DNA of 64,000 nucleotides, taken from the NCBI GenBank assembly GCA_024137785.1, contig JAHRHZ010000111.1:9538530-9602529 (forward strand), given 5' to 3'. Source of the DNA: Ginglymostoma cirratum (taxonomy: Eukaryota). Positions 54,993 through 64,000 of this stretch are shown one piece after another. Within the stretch, counting starts at the first letter, position 1, and every line of letters begins with the position of its first letter. A program made the translations under genes and the position numbers. The notes beneath the pieces are model-generated. The model was not told the DNA's origin and did not search any database. It was given only the letters and a program-made list of their open reading frames with translations.

Positions 54993-55879
54993 GCCTCGAT
55001 TTTCATTTCGTGGGGACAAAGAGCAGTCTGAAGCCAGCGCAGAAACTAAACTAGATGCATTGCTTTTCCATGCATGAAATGAACAGACTTGTTTGCAAAT
55101 AACTCAAGGAGAAAAATCTTTCTTGTTTTAATATATCAATGACAAAACTGTATGGAATTACTTTATATTATATTTTGCATGGGATATTGACTTGCTAACC
55201 TCTTGTTAAATACTGGACTTAAAACATTGGCTCTGTTTCTGTCTGCATAGATGCTGCTGAACCTGCTGAGTTTCTCCAGCATTTTTTGTGTTTGTTTCAA
55301 ATTTCCAGCATCCTCAGTATTTTGCTTTTATTTGTTAAACGCTAGTTCTTAGCTTCAGTCCGTCCCTTAATGACAGAGCTTGTACATTGAATCTATTAAT
55401 GCGGTTGTGGGTTGGTTGATTGATCCCTGATTTATTTGAGCAATAGGCAGGAAAAATACTGCAAGGTCCAGTTCAGAAAATGAGCAGTGAATCCTTGAGA
55501 ATCCTACTTTTAGATGTTTAACTAATGGTATGACATACCTCTGGAGCAGGTGGGACTCGAGTATGGGCATTCTGGCCCAGAGGTAGACACTACTGCTGTA
55601 GCACAGTGCTGAATTTGTAGAATATTTCTTCAATACACAGCAATAATTTCTGTGCACTGTATTTAGCACCACTAATATGCTAAAGAAATATAAATGCACG
55701 TTTTTTTTTCTTTTACTTAACCCTACTCATCTATTCACACGCTCAGTGTTTCATATCTCTTTCTCTTCATTCTGCTTCATGCTTACAATTCAGTTGCTAT
55801 CTGATCTTCACTTGCTCTTTACCGAGTCCATTGTTTGTTTTCCTGCGTCGTTGGTCTCCTTTTCTCTCCAAACTGTTTT

Positions 55880-56219
55880 TTTTTGATTGGCTGTTAATCT
55901 GTAATCATCTTCGCTGCTGAAGAAGGGAGGGTGTTTGGTATGGACGCCTTTCCCATCTGTTTTTGCACAGAGCTGCCTCACCCACCAATGGTTTGTTTTG
56001 ATGGACTGGGAGGCCGCAGTTCTGGACTCCGATTGGTTAGTTACCGCACCGGGAATCTTGGAACTTCGTGATTCTATTGGATAGCTGGTGAAGTATCCGC
56101 GTTCTGATTGGATGGAGGCCCGGCTATCCGCGCAGCTGATTGGAGGGTGCCTGGACAATGCGGAGTGGCCGGGGCGCCTGCGCTATGCCCGTGGGTGATG
56201 GCGGACAGAGGGCGGGTGG
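55880..56219 (+). promoter_or_regulatory. SPAST CpG-island promoter and 5' UTR with CCAAT array
   Basis: ATTGG/CCAAT at 55886, 55985, 56032, 56076, 56107 and 56139. CpG-rich to about 56600. Confidence 0.8.
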
Positions 56220-56541
56220 ATGAATTGTCCGGGTGGCCGAGGCAGAAAGAAGAAGGGTCCGGCGCGAGTATCGCCCGACGGCACCAGCGACAGACTCTCT
56301 CTCCACAAGCGGAACCTTTACTACTTTGCGTATCCTCTGGTCGCCGTTTTCAGCTTCCTGCGCTTCCTGGCCTTCCACCTTTGGCTCTTTTTCGCCTACG
56401 TCTGCCAGCGCCTGGCCGCGATGGCATCGCGCAAGACAGCCCCGGCCGTCACTACGGCCGAACCCGAGCAGATCCGCCAGTCCCACAAACTCGCATTCGA
56501 CTACATCTCCACTGCTCTCAAAATCGACGAGGACGACAAAG
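56220..56541 (+). CDS. SPAST: Spastin exon 1 (M1 isoform N-terminus, hydrophobic hairpin, start of MIT domain)
   Basis: MNCPGGRGRKK..LHKRNLYYFAYPL..HKLAFDYISTALKIDEDDK, then donor G|gtaagc. Confidence 0.96.
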
Positions 56542-59452
56542 GTAAGCAAGGTTCTCCGCAGTTAAAGCGGGCTGGTCGGGGGAGGGCTTTTGTTGGACAG
56601 TTGCAGGGGTTGTTGGGTCAGCACCCTGCCCCTTTGACCCAGGTGAGAAACCAACTGATAGTGTTTATTTGCAATGTTAGTGTGCATCACATTGTAACTG
56701 TCTGGCATTGTAATATAATTGGAATGTTTTATAATAGATTCTGTACTAGAATATTAAATTTGTGATTCATTGTGACATTATTGTGCAGCGAGTATTATAT
56801 TTATAGTTCACATTGTAATGTAGTGTTATTGCAGTACGTCTCGCATTGTGTATATTACCATGTTTTGATGTTGTAGAGGAACGTGATACTTTTCGCAGTA
56901 CGTTGTAATGTATTTCTTGCCTTACTGTCATGATGTAGCACTATATTGAATGCCTCTGTCATGTGATGTTGCATGATAATGTGCATGCTTTACTATGTTA
57001 CATGGTGCTGCTTTGAAATGTGCTTGCATTGATCTGTGTGCTACACTATAATGTAGTGTAAGCCTTACAGCATCACAGAACAAGGCACCAAGTGAAAGCA
57101 TGTGTACGACTGTTCTCAAGGAAAGTGACCCTCCATGAGGAGCCAGTGAGTTCTGAGATGCTGACTTCCCTTATTACAATGTCCAAGAACAGCAAGCTGA
57201 GTAGTCAATCAGATTGGAAAAATTCTCAGAGCAAAGCCAAAAACAAAAAGGTGGTTTGCTTTTTAACAATTTTGCAACAAATTAGATAAAGATTAGGACA
57301 TACATGCAGGATTAAAGTAGAAACTGAACAATCATTAAAAGATATTTTGTAAACATTTTAAAAAAAAAAAATCATCGTGGTAAAGAGCAAATGACACTTC
57401 AAAATTCTAAAACTATTTTTTTTTCAGCACCGAGTTTATGCAGTAACATTTATGACTCAGTACAAGTTAGCAGCACAGTGACGTTTCCTGCAACAAGATT
57501 CTGTGATTTGACAGTTCAGTGGGCATTATGGTGAGAATGGTACCTGTAGTGTACAGAATCTGTCAGATGACAGAATCAAAATTAGGGTTCATTTCCAGTT
57601 TTCATTGTCTCATCATAAGCTAGGGTAGAACAAAAGTCTCCAAATATCTGGCGCATATTTGCCTAGTTTTTCAAAGCAAAGGAGGAAAATGAGGATGAGA
57701 TGCTGAAAACTGGAGTTTAAGTTGGTGGACTGAGAGACTTTGTACACTACAGCTGCTGGTCTGTATTGTTCAGCACATTTAATTAGACACTGCATGGAGT
57801 AAATTCCTACATTAAAATAGAGCGAGAACTTTAAAAGACAGTAAGTTCTTGTTTAAAATTGATTGCATTGCTGGAAATTGCGGCTTTAGGTGTAACATTG
57901 AGTTAGATTCTATAAAATCTTCAGGAAAAAACACTAACGTTATGCTCTGCAGGTTGAAATACTTTACATTGCTAGATTTTTGCATTTGTAAATAACTTCT
58001 CACGTATTTTTCAAAAATTTTTTTCTTATAATACCTCCTCTCGCTGCTAATCACGCTTCTCAAACCTCTTGGTTAGCGCTGTTTCTTCACTTACCTGAGC
58101 CTCTAATGTGCCCCATCCTGCCTAAATTCCTGTTTGAGACCTAGCTGACAATAGAGTTCTGATTTTTTTGTTTTTTTTTTTAAATGCTCCAGCTTGTCTT
58201 TTCCCATTCCTGAACATTTTCTGTGCCTGTGGCTTCTAGAGATGAGTGGCTCTTACAAGAGACTGGAAGATCAGCTTCAACAATCACTTGAAATAAAACA
58301 TGGATTATACCAGCCCCAACCTGGCACATCTGCACCACCGTGGCCTGTAATTTTGCTTTTGCTTTGGATTGAATCTAGCTCTTGAATAAAAAGGCACATT
58401 CAGGAGACTGAAGCAGTGAGAGGTGGGGTCAGGAAGGGGGAAAAGCCACAAATCAAGAGTTGGGCAATGAGAGAGGCTGCACGTCAGCGGCTTGGAGAGA
58501 GAGCATCCTAATATTGAAGGATCAGACATAGAGATTGACCCCATGTTGCAGGATTGGGGAGTGGGTACAGACCACGAGTTGCAGAGTTTGAGTCTAAGAA
58601 GCTACTCCAAATTGGAGCCAATTGGTGTCTCGGAATTCACTGTGACCTCGAATCTCATGATACTCAGCAAACTTGTTGCCCCCATTAACTTAGCTTTATT
58701 TTGGTTCAGCATTGAGAAATGGGGCAGCATTAAACAAGGAATTACTGTATTTATTAGATGTAAATATGTCAGCATATCCTGAGGTTGTTTAAAACTGTAG
58801 CTGTTAACATGTTGACTTGTGCTCCAGATGCAAAAATGGATAATGGAGCCTACTGACTTTCTGTGCCTCAGCTTTGAAACCTTTGTTTTGTGTCTCAGAG
58901 CAATGGTTTAAATGTCTCCACCTAGTAAGCTGACAAAACCTAATGAAAGCTGGTAAGGTTTGAATTGAAATTTTGTCTGTGTGCAGCTCATGACATGATG
59001 TAAATGGACAAGCACTGTATTGTAATTATTGGGCAGTGTTTAATCCTTAACGAATGCCAGAAACAGATGACCTGCTCAGCTTTCACATTTCTGTACATGG
59101 GACCCCATTGTGTAACTTGGTGCTAAATTCCCAGCAATGCAGTAGAATCTGTGCTTCAAAAGTACTTGATTAGCTTCACAGTAATTTAGGATATCTTCAG
59201 TTTGTGAGAGGAGCTGTAGCAATCGATGTCCTTCTCTTATCCATATCTTGTATGTTAACTATGTACATGACTACTGTAATTGGTAAGTGAAGGAGCAGAA
59301 CTAACCAAAGATGATAACGAAATTGATGTTAGTTTACCTCCATTTTCCAACTGGTATAGTACCAGGGTAATTTTGCTGGAACTTGGACTATGCCGCAGTT
59401 TGGTTTTATATTAAACCCTATGCTTTCTGTTACAAGTTCTTATTCCACATTT

Positions 59453-59593
59453 TAAAAACCAAAAGAACTGCGGATGCTGTAAATCAGCAACAAAAACAAA
59501 GTTGCTGGAAAAGCTCAGCAGGTCTAGCAGCATCTGTGAAGGGAAAAACAGTTAACGTTTCAGGTCTGGTGACCCTTCCTCAGAACTTCCTTG
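59453..59593 (-). mobile_element. Family B PLE mini-element with complete minimal hammerhead, 10-bp TSD
   Basis: Minus strand AGTT-CTGAGGA-AGGGTCACCAGACCT-GAAACGTT-AACT. TTCCACATTT at 59443 and 59594. Confidence 0.85.
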
Positions 59594-61111
59594 TTCCACA
59601 TTTAGGATTTTTTTCATCAACCTGTTCAAACATGTTGTGTTGCACACATCTGGAGCAGGTGGGGCTTGCACCCAAACGTTCTGGCCCAGAAGTAAACCCA
59701 TTATCACTGTGCCACAAGAGTCCTTTTATTTCATGTTTATTATGAAAACATTTTCTGTAAATTTCTAATGTAGCGGCATATCCCTGTCAGTTCCACATTA
59801 TTTTGGAAAATGCATTTAGAGCATCAGGCATTCACAAAAGTATTTCCTTATTACAGTTGTCATAAGAATCTATAATAGCAGTGGGGAATTTTTTTTACAT
59901 GAAGACGAGTGGATACTGAGGTAGTAGCATGTTGCTTGCTTTGAGAAAAATAGTTGAAAAATTGAATTAGTTTTTTGTTGGAACAATTGTCGTATGATGG
60001 AAATATTTAAAATTGAGAGAATGGATAGGCTTGATAGCAGATTATTTCAAATAGTTGAGAGAATGATATATTTAGAAAGCAGGAATAATGTCTTCAGGCA
60101 GATTTGAAAGGCTTTGTGGTTGCCTTTGAGAATGTATAATTGAGACACACACTTTTAATGTTGAGCCGTAGAACAAAGGGAAATGAAGGAAAATGGATTT
60201 TGAGGCATGTGGGGATAGCGTGTAGCTATAGTTTTAGAATGATTTGCTTTTCAAAAGCAATGGACTGGCGGGTCCAGATTACATCTGAGTGGACCTGTCT
60301 AGTTATCCCTTGCCATCTACTCTCACTTCGTTTCAACACAATTCTGCTCTAGACTTTCCACATCTCCAAGATCGTAGGCAGGTATGTGATTAAGGAGAGA
60401 ATGCCAGGATTTTGACTCAGTGACAGTGAAGGAATGGTGATTTATATTTCCAAGTCAGGATGGTGAGTAGTTTGGAGGGAGACTTGGTGTTTTGGAGATG
60501 TTCCCATATATCTGCTGTCTTTTTCCTTCCAGATGGAAGTGCTTATGAGTTTGGAAAGTTCTGTGTAAGTTTCTTTGAATTTCTGCATTACATCTTGTCG
60601 ATGTAAACACTGTTGGTGGAGTGACTGAATGTTGTGCCAATCAAGCAGGATGCTTTGGCCTGGATGATGTCAAGCTTTTTGGTGTCCTTGGAGTTGCACT
60701 TATCCAGGCAAATGGGAAGTTTTCCATCATTATTCTGACTTGTGCCTTGTAGATGACAGACAGGCTTTGGGGACTTGGGTGGTGAGTCATTCACTGCAAC
60801 ATTTCCAGCCTCTGACCTGCTCTAGTAGCCACTGTAGTTATATGGTGGGTCCAGTTGAGTTTCTCTTCATTGATCACCCCCATGATGTTGATGTTTCTGT
60901 TTCAATGATGGTAACATCTTTGAATCTCAAGGGGTAGTGATTAGATTCTCTTATTCTTCCACCATCAGTCACACAGTAGCTACCAATGTACAACATCTGG
61001 AAGCTGTACTGCAGCAATGAGCCAATACTCCTTCAACAGCCCCTTATAAGTTGCAAACCATTCTTACATAAAAATATATTGTTACTTAATTATCCCAGAT
61101 CCTTCTGTTGC

Positions 61112-61691
61112 TGTTGACCGTGGCCGAGGCAATTACCCATGGCCGCATATTATTATGTTATAAAATGGAGAACTGCTGATTGAATGGGAGGCATTGTGGG
61201 ACCTGATCAATTTGATCACATTCCTGTAATTATTCAGTTACTGCAGCCACAGACCTTAAGTTTACTCATGAGGGCTTGCCGTTTCAGTGCACAGGCAACC
61301 ACATTGAGTAAATGACTGCTAGAAGAAACAAGCCAGGCATGTGGCTGAGGTAAGGAAATTCTGAGCACAATATTCATTGTGAAGGCACAGGGACAATTGA
61401 CAAGATGTCTGGTAAATATCGTGATGTAGCATTGTCCACAAGCTGATCATGCAGCCACGTGATACCTGATTATTAACTTGATTGGACATATATGTAATCA
61501 GTTAATACTGTGCTTGGTTTGGCTAAAGCCAGGATGGGCTAAAATAGAAGATGTGTACAATTTCCTTTATTCAATGGAGAAGCGCATAGTGAGCCCAGTG
61601 ACTTGCTCCCCACCAGTGTGAAATAAACCATTTGATGATTGAAATGGACCTGGGTGCTGAGTGATCTCTTTTTAGCAAGAATGACTTAACA
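61112..61691 (+). mobile_element. Possible solo LTR inserted in a LINE tail
   Basis: TGTTGA...TTAACA termini, AATAAA at 61622. Flanks are LINE 3' sequence. Confidence 0.45.
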
Positions 61692-62319
61692 CTTTCAAAT
61701 CCTGGAACTTCCTACTTAATGGTAATGTGCAACCCCTGTCACCAAATGGACTGAGGCAGTTTTGAGACGGCAGTTAACCATAACTTTCTCAAGGATAAAT
61801 AGGAATGGGAAATTAATGATGACACTTCTAGTGATCTGCACGTTCCATGAGCAAATTTTAGAGTTATTCACCTGAAGACAGCATTTTGCCTTGACTCTGT
61901 GTACATGTTCCTAGGACTTTGACCAGCATGTGGTCTAATGAATTGAAGCTAATTCCATTTGGACTTCATGTTCAGAGCTGTAGTCATAATACAGGATGGA
62001 ATGTTGAGAGGCTTGGCTGCCTGCGACTACTCCATTTGTAAAGTTCTCATGTTTTGAACACTGTCCTATGTTGCTACGTCACTCATTTTACGAATGAGAA
62101 GAGGGATGTAGATCAAAAATGTTAAAAGTCACATACAAATATATAATCTCAAGTGACTTGAAGATTGGCTGTGGTCCTTTTTTGCCTTCCCTCCAGCGTT
62201 GTTTACATCTTGACATTTTATGCTTTCTTGCCAGTAATTTTTTTTTTGTGCATAACATCAAGCATCACAGGCCACATACAGCAACACAACAGTGTTCCTG
62301 TTAACTTATATACATCTTG

Positions 62320-62550
62320 TGGAGGTGCTGGTATTGGATTGGGGTGGACAAAGTCAGTAGTTGTACAACACCAAATTATAGTCCATCATGTTTATTTGAA
62401 GGCACGAGTTTTTGGAGCACTGCTCCTATATCAGGTGAAGTCAACATGGCCAGTCAAGACTTCACTTGACAAAGGAGCAGTGCTCAGAAAGCTTGTGACT
62501 TCAAATAAACCTGTTGAACTATAACTTACATAGTGTCATGTGACTGACTA
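62320..62550. mobile_element. Family C PLE terminal units in inverted arrangement
   Basis: Stem II ggagcagtgctc(c/a) units on both strands, each followed by aaataaac(c/a)tg(t/a)tg(a/g)actataa. Confidence 0.7.
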
Positions 62551-62830
62551 TATCAACCTGAAAGCTATAAATATACTTCTGTTTTCTTTTGAGTTATGTA
62601 TCCATCGTACTTTTTAGTCATACTTTTCATATCTCCAGACCAACACACTTTCTCTGAGATGCTCTTGAGAGTAAGAAGCGGAAATTGGCATAAATGGAGG
62701 GACCCAAGTCTCGTGGGCTGATTGATGAGGCGCTGTGGAAGTTTGCTGTTCAGGTTTCCTGTCCACTTGTGTGGACTCTTAGATTGGATCAGCCTTCGCT
62801 TTAAAGTGCGTAAATGGCTGCATCGAGTTT

Positions 62831-62930
62831 TCTGATGAAGGGTTTAGGCCCGAAACGTCGAGTTTTCCTGCTCCTATGATGCTGCTTGACCTGCTGTGTT
62901 CATCCAGCCTCATGCTTGTTATCTCTATGT
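62831..62930 (+). mobile_element. Family A 100-bp element with intact hammerhead core, 12-bp TSD
   Basis: CTGATGA-AGGGTTTAGGCCC-GAAACGTC at 62832-62859. TGCATCGAGTTT at 62819 and 62931. Confidence 0.85.
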
Positions 62931-63319
62931 TGCATCGAGTTTGTGTCGCTTTTAGCAACTACATAGCATCAGTCGGGTCACCGGTGCATGTACTCGTGTA
63001 TCCATTGTAATCAATGCCTTGATTCCTTTTCCATCACTTTTGCACAAAAAGTTCTTAACCCTAGATTTGTATAGCCCTGAGTGCATGCTCTGGCACAATA
63101 CGAGTTTAACTGAACAATGCAAGTGATTATACAGATGGGGTAACTTTTCACTGTTCAAATGGGCTTACATGTCGCATATTACTGAAATGCTGGTGACAGT
63201 CGTCATAGAAGTATAAACAGCAAATTGTGTTCAATCCGGAAAATGACCTAGGTAAATTTAACGGTGTTATTTTGAGTATTGTGGGCAGTGGCAATCATTC
63301 TGTTCCTTTCCTTCAACAG

Positions 63320-63403
63320 GACAGAAGGAGAAAGCTGTGGAATGGTACAAGAAGGGGATTGCAGAACTGGAGCATGGGATTGCAATCCAGATCTCTGGGT
63401 CAG
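63320..63403 (+). CDS. SPAST: Spastin exon 2 (MIT domain [28 protein letters not shown]); gene continues beyond window
   Basis: 84 nt, caacag acceptor and gtaagg donor, phase 1-1. Confidence 0.96.
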
Positions 63404-64000
63404 GTAAGGCATGCATGTTAACAACAGCTAACCTGTTGCTGTAATGAATGATGGTGCATAGAAAATAGATGGTTTGAGTTGTCTCCCCAGGTGGCTTGGA
63501 GGTCAAGTAAGATTCAAAGGGAATAAGCAGTGGAGAGGAAGTTTTGAATGGCTGACTGCTGGAAAGACCTTGGCAGAAGTGTTCAGTTGTCTTGAATAAC
63601 TGTAATTTAATCTGGATGGAAACTGTATATTTGTCAATAGAATATTACTTCAAATCAGAACTTTGTAGCTATTCTTCTAAACATTAGGCACCTTGTCACT
63701 TCAGAATTGTTGCCTTCTCCATGCTACCTCAGCACTACATAGTGCTGTATCATCTTCGTTTTTGTTTTTTTTTTAAATTAAGTTGAACATTTGTGACCAG
63801 GAGTCCCCATATCACGCAACTTGTACAGAGGAAGTTGTGACAGTCCCTCAGTGGTGATTGAGAGGAGATGATCCATAGTGGACAGCTCTGCTGTGAGTAG
63901 CCAGTGGTAGTTAAGTTGACAGTGGCAGAGAATAATGGGGGTCCTCTGTATGCAAGTGTGAAATCTAGACTTTGAGTCTGAATGTCACTGGGTCTTTGAA

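Noticed and set aside
56124-56565. Additional ORFs 56124-56549(-) and 56233-56565(+) over SPAST exon 1
   Set aside because: They do not start at ATG (the track uses alternative starts) and are expected shadows of a GC-rich exon.

Overview
Eukaryotic genomic DNA, almost certainly from a shark. This is inferred from HE1-type and Deu-type SINEs, abundant CR1 LINEs and Penelope-like elements (PLEs). Three spliced genes were reconstructed by hand from GT-AG junctions. PSEN2 is on +, with 10 coding exons at 6871-23163 encoding 461 aa. DPY30 is on -, with 5 coding exons at 38308-28586 encoding 106 aa, convergent with PSEN2. The first two exons of SPAST are on + at 56220-63403, divergent from DPY30. 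Much of the remaining sequence is decayed TEs. The most striking non-gene signal is about 20 short PLE-terminus-derived elements from at least four sequence families. They carry a minimal type-I hammerhead-ribozyme motif (CUGANGA-stem II-GAAA-CG-UH), many are flanked by 10-14 bp target-site duplications, and many are folded back into inverted hairpins. Other points: overlapping uORFs and a long alternative frame at the SPAST start, a PLE insertion that duplicated a PSEN2 branch point, a stop-free 84-nt PSEN2 intron, and a PSEN2-DPY30 adjacency not seen in human. No database searches were run. TE family names and boundaries are pattern-based and approximate.
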